From the human T2T-CHM13v2.0 reference genome, Homo sapiens: DNA of 64,000 bases. The translations under genes and the position numbers were made by a program. Shown one piece after another: positions 33,061-46,617 of the stretch. The stretch lies in the NCBI RefSeq assembly GCF_009914755.1, contig NC_060934.1; one strand, given 5' to 3'. The notes beneath the pieces were generated by a model. It saw only the letters and a list, made by a program, of their open reading frames with translations. It had not been told where the DNA came from and did not search any database. How positions within the stretch are numbered: position 1 is the first letter of the stretch; each line of letters starts with the position of its first letter.

Positions 33061-33782
33061 TGTAAACTCTATTTCAGATTCTCCATCCCTTCAGTACAGC
33101 TGGCAATGGTCTTGCTTGTTCTAGCGGATCTTTGGGGAGGAATATTACAGAGTCTCTTTAATGGTGTCTGTCCTGCACACCACAGGCCCTGCATGAAGCT
33201 GCACTGGAAACAAGAGATAGGGTCTTCCTTTCTCTTCCGCTCCCTCTTTCCTATAAAGCTGAGCCCAAGGAGCTTCAGGCTTTTGGCACAGCCCTCAAAG
33301 GGGAAGCATTCCATTGCGTTAACTACCATGCCATGAATGACCAGTAAACATTTCCCAAGTAGAATCGCGTCTAATAAGACCCTCAGAGGGGAAGTCAAGG
33401 GAGCCCACGGAAGAGCCAGCTGCGGCCCACGGCTTCCTCCCACTTCCATCGGGTACCCACAATGCAGCTTTTCTCAAACCATATTTGATGGGAACTAACC
33501 CTGACACAAAAGGCTCTTGTGCCACAAACCCTAGGTTTTTGAGCATAAGACAAGGAGAACCCATGACATCACAGATGAATCCAAGTTCAAGGGAACTCAG
33601 CATTAGCCATTCCACGCCTCCTGCACAATGATCACGCTGTTCTCCTGAGTGGCACCATCACTTGCCTCAGTCTAAAATGTTCACCAGGGAGTTGACATTT
33701 TCCTTCCCATTGATCCACACAGTTCTTTTGAATGAGCCTAAGGGAAAGACCTAAGATGAACAATTTAAAATAATCCAGTAAA

Positions 33783-34130
<348 letters not shown>

Positions 34131-34543
34131 CTAAAAGCCTGATTTGAGCCATGGAAGAGAATCATGATCAGCAAATGAAAACAGCCCTAAGTTTCTGAAA
34201 GGTAATTTTGGAAAATGAAATATGCCCAAGACAAGCTGTAGTGACAAGTCAGCCTTTGTCCTTTCTAAGGTGGGCAGAGGCCATGGACACCAGTGGGGAG
34301 GGGGCAGGTGTCTGTACTGTCCTTGGGCCTTCCTGACCCAGCAGGCAGGAGGTCCTCAGTGCCCCTTGGTGGGTGGTAGTATGGCCCCGTCATCACGCCA
34401 TCTGAAGGAACCAACCAAAATTAAAAACTATCTGTGACTTCAAAGTTCACAACAACAGATTCTTACTGCAACCTGAAACTTCTTGCCTAAGCCCACAGTG
34501 AGGAGAATGGAAATGTCTGCCTTCCCAGCCTCAGATCTGTTGT

Positions 34544-34661
34544 CCCCTCTGTACCCCATAGACACCCATACACAGCATGGTCCCAAGTCACCTTGGAGTC
34601 ACCCCCTCTGTACCCCAGAGACACCCGTACACAGCATGGTCCCAAGTCACCTTGGAGTCAC
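34544..34661. repeat. 59-bp tandem duplication (2 copies, 2 mismatches)
   Basis: cccctctgtacccca…ccaagtcaccttggagtcac at 34544 and 34603. Confidence 0.95.
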
Positions 34662-37649
34662 GGTCATGGCTGAGACCAGAGTAGCCATGACTTGCCAAGG
34701 GATGTCCCCAGGCTGTGGGTGTCCACTAAGCCTCAGTGGGGGTATTCCAAGTCCATAGTATTACAAGATTACAAAAACTTATTCTATAAAAGGTAATATA
34801 AACTTATGTTACATTCTGCAGGTCATTCAGTAATTTGAAGGAAGCTTTTCTGAAATCTTACTGTGACTGACCCACCAAATAATCAGATTTTTTTTTTTTA
34901 ATCCCCAGTCTTAGGAGTAAGGCAATAAATTGAGTAAGAAGAACCAGTTCGCCATAATGTATTTGGGTCCATATCATTGTTGTACTTCTAAAAAATCTAG
35001 CAACAGATTGGCTCCCAAGAAGAAATCAAAACATTACAAAAGAATGCTACTCCATTGACTATAGTGTAAGAGTGTAAGTAACACTTCAGGGGGTTATGAA
35101 AATGCCTAAAGGAAATCAATGATCGTGCAATGCCAAGTTCCTTTTGTTGCCCCTCTGCTACAAATACCTCCTGAAATGAACCACATTATATAATTCATAT
35201 TAAAAATAAAAATGTTTAATTGTAACATACAGAAGATAACCAAAAAAGGTGTCTCTGTCAACAAGGGAAATCTTGTTGCAAGAAACTAGAACGATTTTTC
35301 TACTGGCCAAAATATTTTTTGGAGAAATGGCAGAAACTAATTAGCTTTCTTCATAAAATGGAAAATTTGGGATAGAAGTCATATGTCTTCAAATATTTTA
35401 AAACAGTTTAATGAAATTTCACTTAGAAGTAAATGTAGAAAACATTTTTCTTTGTTCTCAACATTTTTTCATTCACATTGCCAAGAAAAGCGTATTTCTT
35501 CAATGAAGCAAAATCACAGGGCTCCTATATTTTAAAATATATTATTTTAATCTACTACACTTTCATTTACTGCTTAAAGTCTCCTTTCAAATGCTCTTTG
35601 AATGCAGTATTGTGCTATATAATATCGCAACTCTGATTCAAAATACTTATTTGCATATATGTTTACCCCATCTATGTAAAAACATAAACAAATTATTTCT
35701 TCATAGCAAGACAAAAAACACTTTTATTGTAAAGTTTCTAAATACCAATACCACTTCAAGACTGGTCCTAAAATAGAAAGATTGCTAAAGATTAAATTCT
35801 GGCTAAAGTCAGCCTTAACTTTTTTTAAAAAGGCTGAATAGGTTTAGATATTAAAACATTTTTTGCAATATAAACAAAACTAATTCCATTAATCTTTGTG
35901 TTTGCATAACATTACTCTAACTTGAGAAGCGAACTGTCTCATCTTAACCCTCTGCTTATGTTAAGATTAGTTATCTAATGTTTTGACTTTGCTTTGACAA
36001 GTGTATCAAACATTTACCTAATCATGTCATTGTACGTTTTTCTGAAAAGCTCTTTGCCAATAATATTTCTGCTATTCTTTACGACATAGTAGGCAAATCC
36101 ATTTTTTATAGTTGATGTGTAAATAACTCAGGGCTAGAAATAGATTTTTTTTCCCACTTCTCTTCATGTGGAAGGTCAGTACTTCAGAGGATTTACATTC
36201 ATTGTCAATTCCATACTTCTCATTCTAGCCAAGAACACAGCCTTAGTACATAGGCTTGACAGCCTTAACAAGAACCCAACCTACCTCTAACTCTTGGCTC
36301 CAGGTGAACCCCAGGCATGGCTGCTTGCTCTAATAGGAAGTAAGAGGATGATGCTGACCAAGAGAGGTTCAGCTCTGTGTGTAACTGGTGTCTCCCATCC
36401 GCTGTTCTGACACGCTAACTGATAAAATGATTGAGTTCTTGGTTTCTCACTCCTGGTCTAAATCTGAAGTTTATATTGTCCTACTGCAGGTCTGGATTCT
36501 AGATCCCCGCATGTTTCATTGTACAGGTGTTTTGGTGTCGGACTCTCCATCTGCCTTTGACCTGATCGCCTTTCCCTCTCCCTTATGTTCTCACGATTCC
36601 TCTCTCCCTGGCTTTGGTCCATCCTACACCTCTCATTATAAATTCCCAGAGATGTGTCTTCACAAACATCGAGAACATGAAACACAAAGATATGGACAGG
36701 CTGGGAAAAAGCCATGCTCCACGTAAAATCATGGAACAATTATTTAAGAAGTAAACACAGCATATCCACAAATGTAGATTATATATACAAGAAAATATGT
36801 AGAGGAAGTGGAGGCCCCTCCACCAGGCAGGGAGAGTGACACTGTTCCTGGGTCTCTTTCCATCTTCCCAGACTCTTAGTTAAGGTCGCCAATGAGACTG
36901 GAGACGGAGATTTCTGTTGCAAGAGGGAAGAAATTATAAAAACGGGTGAACTTAACTGTTGGGGATTGAGAGGTGCTCTGGTTACTTTTTCTTGTCTTCC
37001 TTATTTGTGCTAGATTGGATGTGGATAGCTACAGAGTCCAGAGCAGAGAAGGCAGTAGAGGCTTCTTAGATCTATGGGGAAGGAGGGTTAAGTAGAAACC
37101 TCACATCTCTTCCTACTCTGTCTGCCTCAATTACCTGGGGAAGAAAAGCAAAATGGCCTCAGAACTAAGTTCTAGCCAGTCATAAAGGGGGTAGGTTGGC
37201 TGAAGTTTCAGATGTGCTCCATATCTCAGAAATCTGAGCCAGTGGACAGGATGCTAGGGGGAGAATAATTCCAATGCTATACCTTAATCTGACCTCTGAA
37301 ACCCCATTTTCCCACCTGGTCCCCTGAAACATGCTTCTGTCTTCTTCTAGGTATTTTCCTTCAGTCTAGCACATTCTCAAAGTGACCACAACTGTCTCCT
37401 GAACATCTCTGAGCACTAGGTCCCTTCAGCCCACTGCTGCCATCAACCCAGCCCTGCCCAGCCCACCAGAAATGAGCCCGGTCTCTCCTCCTGGATATTT
37501 GTCTTGTTACCTTGGCCTTTGCCTTCCCTTTCCAGTTACACGTGCACCTAGAAGAGATGATTGGGAAATCACTAATTATCTGACTTTACATTTGGTTAAT
37601 CAGAACATCCTTCTTCAAGCTAAGAATTTGGCAAAGCCTAGGGGTACAC

Positions 37650-38013
37650 AAGGGACAGTTTGGGTCCCCCTAAATTCAAAGGTTGAAATCCTAACACCCA
37701 AGGTGATGGTCCCAGGAGATGGGGACTTTAGGAGGTAATTAGGTCATGAAATTAGAGCCCTCATGGTTGGGATCAGTGCCCTTATGAAAGACCCCAGTGA
37801 GCTAGCTAGCTACTCCCTTCCACCATGGGAGGACATACGGAGAACTTGCATCTATGACCCAGAAGGTGGGCCCTCCCCAGACACAGAGTCTGTTGGCATC
37901 TTGATGTTGGACTTTCCAACCTCTAGAACTGTGAGAAATAGATTTCGTTGTTTATAAGCTACTCAGTCTATGGCACATATATGAGTCCATAGTGGCCTGA
38001 ATGGACTAAGACA
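37650..38013 (+). mobile_element. MaLR LTR, MLT1A-like
   Basis: gtccccctaaattcaaaggttgaaatcctaacacccaaggtgatgg…tctagaactgtgagaaata…atggactaagaca. Confidence 0.8.
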
Positions 38014-38835
38014 CAGACTATGGCACCACTAAATATAACATTTTTTGCTACCAGTGGGGAAAGAGCTCTTAATTGTTATTAATTTTAATTTGGCTCCCCT
38101 CTCCCCACAAATTTTACTTATCCATCTTTCTTGAAACATCAGCAACTGATGTCATTTGGCAAACTGTAGAAATGTGCATCATGACCACATCTAAGCAAAA
38201 GTGGGAGATTTCAGAGAATCAAAGGAACAGTGTCTAAAACAGTGACTGTGAGAACTTCCTCTTCTTTACCCCAATTCAGAGAGAGGGCCGGCCCAGGGGG
38301 GTTCTTGGAGGTCAAGAATGCCAAATGCCAAGTGTTCATATCTGGGGAGGGTGACTGCTTTGTCCTCACAGAAGCAAATCTTCCAGAGCCAAATTCAAGG
38401 AGAGTTTGCCAGGCCATTGCTAAATCATAAACACTACTGCACTGAGGATTAGCTGAGGCTTTGCTTTGCCAGGCTGTCTCTCTCTCAATGACACAAGTCT
38501 GCTCCGTAGGAACTCTGAACACTCTCAGCAGCATCGACCTCCCTCCTGGTATCCAGTAGCCAGCATCAAGCAGCTCATATCGCCAACCTCTGCATGACCT
38601 GCTTCTGGGGGTCCTTCCAGGTGGCCCCAGGAATGCATGTGAACACCCTGTGATGGGGAACGCCACCACACAGGGCCGACGGCCATCCCTGAGCAGCAGC
38701 TTTTCTCAGAACAAGGGCTACCCTTAGAGTACTAAATCCCCTCACCAGAATTTCTCTTCATTGATTGTAGAATTGTTGATCACATGCATATCACCCACTT
38801 TTCCTCCTACCAAATCTGATACACTCTAAGGCTCA

Positions 38836-39184
<349 letters not shown>

Positions 39185-39326
39185 TGAAGGAGTTTTATCC
39201 ATTCTTCAACTACCACATCTGTTTTGGGGTCTCCCAAGTCCATACCTCCAGGCTCTCCATCTGAATAACTTCACCACCTCACTGCCATTTCAGTCTTAAT
39301 CTGCTGAAAACTCAATACATAATATT

Positions 39327-39702
39327 TGGTATGGTTTGCCTGTGTCCCCACCCGAATCTCACCTTGAATTTTAATCCCCATAATCCCTACGTGTCAAGGG
39401 CAGGAGCAGGTGGAGGTAACTAAATCATGGAGGCGGTTTCCCCCAGGCTGTTCTCATGATAATGAGTGAGTCTCACAAGATCTGACGGTTTTTTAAGCAT
39501 CTGGCATTTCCCCTGCTTGCACTCACTCTGTCCTGCTGCCCTGTGAAGAAGGTTCCTGCTTCTCCTTTGCCTTCTGCCATGATTGTAAGTTTCCTGAGGC
39601 CTCCCCAGACATGCGGAACTGAGAGTCCATTAAATCTCTTTCCTTCATAAATTACTCAATCTCGGGTATTTCTTCATAGCAGTGTGAGAACAAACTCATA
39701 TA
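39327..39702 (+). mobile_element. MaLR solo LTR (THE1-like), antisense to ITIH5
   Basis: tggtatggtttgcctgtgtccccacc…gattgtaagtttcctgaggcctcccc…gcagtgtgagaacaaactcata; perfect TSD atatt (39322-39326 and 39703-39707). Confidence 0.92.
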
Positions 39703-40159
39703 ATATTTCTCTCTCAAATCAGCTTCTCCTCTAGGGTTTCCTACTTCCACTCATGGTTCCAAAGTCTCAAGAATCTTTTTTTTTACTCTATCCAGCTAAT
39801 TACTAAGCCACACTACTTCTTCTTTAATAACAGCTCCATCGTTCTTCCTTCTTCCACATTCATAGTCACCACTCTGGCTCAAGTTCCTTCTTGTGGGGCA
39901 CATGCTCTCATTCCATGCAGGCTCCCCGTGTCTCATAGCTTCCGTGTCCTATTTGTCTTACCAACAGCTGTGGCCCACAAATTACATTCCTACAGCACTT
40001 CCAGCTGCATGGCTCCTTCCATCAGCCACTGAAGAAATCCTACACCTGAGCATCACGTAAACAACTAAATCCCACCTCTGAGTGTAGCTGCAGCTGAGGC
40101 ACACAGATCTGTGCAAGCTCAAACTCACCTCACGCTCTCAGAATCTCTGCTAAAAAACG

Positions 40160-40864
<705 letters not shown>

Positions 40865-41796
40865 TGATATGGGTATTTTTGAAGTGTGTGGCATGACTGT
40901 CCCTTGGTCTGCGTGGACTGCCTCCTTGTGTGTTTTGTGCTGTTGTGTTGTGAGCGTCTTCTCAGAGGGGCTTTATCCGGGGGAATCCCCTGCAGCATAA
41001 GTTGGTGCCACGGCCCTGCAGGAGCTTCCCAGGCACCTCCAGGTTCTCCCTGGTCCAGAAGCCCTTGATGGGTAGATTATCAGAGTTCCTTGATTCCATG
41101 GTAGTGTACATTCAATCACCTGCTCACATGCTTCCAGGCTATTTGATTTGGGTCCCATGGTTATAAGGGAAGTCTTCCCTTGCCCCCCAACCTCCAAAGC
41201 CAAACAGAGTTGGGCAACCTTCTATGTTGTCTTCCTGCATCAGTGGGTGGAGGTTTCCTCTGCCTACTCTCCCCTAAGGGTGCAGTCCTTTGATGGAGCC
41301 AGCTTCATCAGGGGTCTCAGGTTCAACCCCCCACCTCAGAGCACCCAAGCTCTCATCTGCTGTTCCCACAGGGTCATGAAAGCCTCAGGCCCGAGGACCC
41401 AGCGAGTGGTAACTCTCCTGGGGGATATCACTTAACTCACACGCTCCGCGTTTTCCTTCTCCGTCCTCTTTTCATTCTGAGACTCTTAGATTGTGTCTTC
41501 CTTACCAGCAAGATGTGTTTCGATTCATCTCCTTTTCTAAATGTTTGTATCAGGAAGGTTTTCAAGTTATCTAGTCCAAAACATGACCCAAACCTTCACA
41601 CTATAGCATATTCAGCCTTCTTTCATGCCTCGTGGTTTTCCCCAACCAAGAATTCACTCATTCTTTTCCTGCCAAGAAAATTGTATCCCATCTTCAAGAA
41701 CCAGTTCCTTTTCCATCTCCATCATTAATCTTTCCCTATCTCAAGTTATTTCTCTCCCCTACAATCCTTTCCACTATCTATGTTAGTTTTGAATAA

Positions 41797-42156
<360 letters not shown>

Positions 42157-43096
42157 TAGGGCTGATGCCTTTAGAGACACGCTTTCTCCTGCCTCCACGC
42201 TTTGCACATGTCACGCATCTCTCTCATTCTGCTTGGATCCAATCCCCCTCTTCTCATGCCACCCACTCGATTAACTTCTAAGAGGCCTTTGAGACTCACC
42301 CAACTACGACCTCCTCTGAGAATCATTCATCATCCCCTACTCTCCCACTACTAAAAAGAACTGATTACCACCCCATCACGCAACTACTGGCCCTTACATA
42401 TGCCCTATTACACAGAGCACTCCCTATATAATTTTTGCCTGACTTTCTCTTCTTCTCTGAGCTTCTTGTGAGGAAAGGCTGTGTCTCATTTATCTCTGTG
42501 TCCCCCATACCTAGCACCCCCCCCCAACAGCCTATAACCCATAATTGTTTCATGTTTGGAGAATCTGAAGTCTAGAGTTAAAGTCAAAGTGGGAAGCTGA
42601 GTGACAGTCAGGTGTCCCGAACCCAAGAAGTGGGGGGCTGTGCTATCAGGCAATGCCAGCGCTTAGGAATTTTACCCAGTTGCAATTTCAATCAGCCAGC
42701 CAAGACTACACAATCCCTGAGTAACAAAGCATTCTGACACTGATAAGCACTTCCACGTTTGTTATCTCATTTAATTCTCTTTGACTTGTAGTGTTTATCT
42801 TGCTGTTACTTGTAGCAAAGTTTCGTTTCAGCCCCTATCTAGCCCTTTACAGAAAAAGTCTGCCAATTCCAATTTGGGACTTAAGTGAAAAACTGGGAAA
42901 CCAGAAAGGAGGAAACTAGGCTTTTCTGTGATTTCCTGGCGCCACACTTTCCGATGCTCACAGCAAGGCTGCAATCTGAGCAGGTGATGCCGGAGCACCC
43001 CAAGCTCTATACTGACAAGTGTCTCTTTGTATGACAGCCACAGAGTGCCCACATTCAGAGATACTACACATTTCAATAACATGACCTCATTTTATA

Positions 43097-43756
43097 ACAG
43101 ATGCGGGCAACGTTGCAGAGAAAAGGGAATGCTTATACACTGCCGGTAGGAATGTAAACTACTTCAGTCACTGTGGACAGCAGTCTGGCGATTTCTCAAA
43201 GAACTGGAAACGGAGCTCCTATTCAATCCAGCCAGCCCATTATTGGGTATATACCCAAAGGAATAGAAATCATTCTACCATAAAGACACACATACGCATA
43301 TGTTTATGGCAGCACTGTTCTCAAGACCAAAGACATGGAATCAACCTAAATGACCATCAGTGGTGGACTCGATAAAGAAAACGTGGTACAAATATACCAT
43401 GGAATACTATGCAGCTATAAAAAAGTATAAGATCATGTCCTTTGGAGCAACATGGATGGATCTGGGAGCCATTATCCTAAGCAAATTAACCCAGGAACTG
43501 AAAAACAAATACTGTATACCCTCACTTATAAGTGGGAGCTAAACATTGAGTACACATGGACACGAAGAAGTGAACAGACACTGGGGCCTCTTGAGGGTGA
43601 GGGTCAAAAAACTACTTCTCAGGTACTGTGCTTATTAGCTGGGTGATGAAATAATCTGTACACCAAACCCCCTCAACACACAATTTATCCATATAACAAA
43701 CCTGTATATGTGCCTCTTAAACCTAAAATAAAAGTTTAAAGGAAAAATAAATAAAA
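43097..43756 (+). mobile_element. 5'-truncated L1 (old L1PA/L1PB): ORF2 end plus 3'UTR
   Basis: aacagatgcgggc…gagaaaagggaatgcttatacactg…acctaaaataaaagtt; TSD gacctcatttta on both sides. Confidence 0.92.
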
Positions 43757-44177
43757 CAGGACCTCATTTTACCTCTAAGATAAACTTCATCCGGGTAAAT
43801 CTTAACTACCTCAACAAGAGCAATACATTTTTCAATGGGTGCCTCTAATTTATTTTAAATTATCTGTATTATCATTGTTGGAGAGCAATTTTTTTTCTTG
43901 AAACTAAAAATTCAAGCTTTCACTCATGGCCTAGGGAAAAAATATTTTGCCCTCTGTCCATCATTTATTACCTCATATTCTGAGTCAGAGACAAAAACCA
44001 GTTTTCCCCACTGTCTTCTGCTTCCTGCCTCAAGTCTCAAATCTCTGTTTTGCAATGTTTTCCTGAAACATGCATCTGCTGGTAGCAACGTCTTGACAAG
44101 GGCAGCCCAGTAGACGAGAATAAACACAATCAACTGGCATGTAACTCAAGGTCATTTTGATGAGTCCTTGCTCTAGA

Positions 44178-44890
44178 CAGGTGTCAGCAAACTGTGGCTC
44201 AGGGGCCCTGCTGCTGCCTGCTTTTAGTAAATAAGCTTTTACTGGAACACAATCACACCCATTTCTTTGCATATTGCCTGTGGCTGTGCTCTTGTCACAA
44301 GGAGGACAGATCTTGCATCCAACAGCAGAGTTGAGTGGTTACAACAGAAACCATCTGGGGGCCGGGCGTGGTGGCTCATTCCTGTAATCCCAACACTTTG
44401 GAAGCCAAGGTGGGAGGATCGCTTGAGTCCAGGAGTTCAAAACTAGCATAGGTAACATAGTGAGACCCTGTCTCTACAGAAAGAAAGAGGAGGGGAGAGG
44501 GGAGAAACTTGGAAAAATGAATCTTCAGCCTGGCGCTGTGGTTCATGCCTGTAATCCCAGCACTCTGGGAGGCTGAGGCAGGTGGATCACCTGAGGTCAG
44601 GAGTTCGAGATCAGCCTGGCCAACATAGTGAAACCCCATCTCTACTAAAAGTACAAAATTAGCCAGGTGTGGCGGCGCATGCCTGTAATCCCAGCCTACT
44701 CGGAAGGCTGAGGCAGGAGAATTGCTTGAACCCAGGAGGCGGAGGTTGCAGTGAGCTGAGATAGCGCCATTGCACTCCGGCCTGTGCAACAAGAGCGAAG
44801 CTCAGTCTCGAAAGAAGAAAAAAAATATCTTGTCTGCAAAACTTAAGATGTTTATCATCTGCCCCTTTACAAACAAGTTTGATGACACTG
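44178..44890 (+). mobile_element. MER58-like hAT MITE interrupted by an Alu monomer (44360-44500) and a full Alu (44527-44826)
   Basis: Termini caggtgtcagcaaact…aagtttgatgacactg; 8-bp TSD gctctaga/gctccaga. Confidence 0.85.
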
Positions 44891-45169
44891 GCTCCAGAAA
44901 GCCAAAAAGGGAAGCTAGACTCTTCTTATATTTCCTTCTGATATTTCCTGGGGCCTTGCTTTCAGGTGCTTAAACAAGGCCTAGACCTGAACAGGCAAAG
45001 CAGGTGGACCCGACGCTCTCTGTTGTCGATTTTTATTTGCATGATAGCCACATAGCGCTTGCCTTCTGAGACCCCTTCCCCCAGTCTTTCAGGCATGCAC
45101 TCACTGGGCAAGCTTGCATCCTCCTGCTTTCTGAGCGCCTTCATTTGTTCAGGGATTTCTCTCCCCTAA

Positions 45170-45616
<447 letters not shown>

Positions 45617-46029
45617 TGAAGAAGGCAGCTACAATATCACACTGTTGGACATCACTGGACTTGACAGTCACCCAGCTTGCCCGAGCCACTTTGCCTCAGT
45701 CTACATTTCTGCCATCTGCACGCACACTCGGATGTCACTTGCCCGATCCACATCATGAAAGGGAAAGAAGTTTGCCTCCCCATACACGCCCAAGGAGTGC
45801 TTAGTGTTAAATAATAAAACGTTGCTCAATAATTCTACGAATCAAAGCAGAACAGCTTCATGAGTTTTTCACAATACTAGCCTGCTGGCTGGCACCTCTT
45901 TGAGTAGGTGACATCTGTGTGCACTCACCTGAGTGCACTGTCCTTCACGTTACTTGGTGACAAAAACAGAGCCTCAAAGCTTGAAAAGTGGTCTACAGAC
46001 CACCACTGTGTTACGGTCCATATGTGACG

Positions 46030-46260
46030 TTACAGAGAAGTGGTTTAGGTAAGGCTGACCTGGGCTTGAATCCTAACTTTCCTACTTATAACTTTGTGTA
46101 TTTCAGCATAATTACATCATTTTCCTGGTCTCCACCTTCCCATGCATAAAATAGGGAGAGCAATGTTTACTTCACTGGATGGCTGAAAGATTAAATGAAG
46201 AAATGTACGTAAAACCCTCACAGCACTTGATACGCACTGATCACTCAATGGTAACTACTG
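46030..46260 (+). mobile_element. MIR
   Basis: gacctgggcttgaatcct…aagattaaatgaagaaatgtacgtaaaac. Confidence 0.7.
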
Positions 46261-46555
46261 TGCCTCAGAAAAATGCAGGATACATTTATTGTTTGTGGGC
46301 TGGTAGTTTGGCAGCAAATGTCATTACCCACTGTCTGTGAAGAGTTGGGAATGCATATTGTAATGATCAAACACAAGATGTTCCCCAAGTCCATGGAGCT
46401 TACAAATTACTCACCTGTAAGGTTACACATGAAATATCCAAATAGCCCTTGGGAACCCAATTTTGGACAGCGAGGGAGAAACCAATGTCCTAGAGCATAA
46501 AGTAAGCCTGTGAGTGAACCAAAATCGACATGCAGATCCCAGTCCTCCTACTCGT

Positions 46556-46617
46556 TAATTCACGTTTGCCCTCATTTTAACTTGACTAATTCACGTTTGC
46601 CCTCATTTTAACTTGAC
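46556..46617. repeat. 31-bp perfect tandem duplication
   Basis: taattcacgtttgccctcattttaacttgac twice. Confidence 0.95.

Noticed and set aside
43360-43646. L1 ORF2-like peptide (WYKYTMEYYAAIKK; similar at 19509 and 40111)
   Set aside because: Decayed, truncated L1 3' fragments; not a functional reverse transcriptase.
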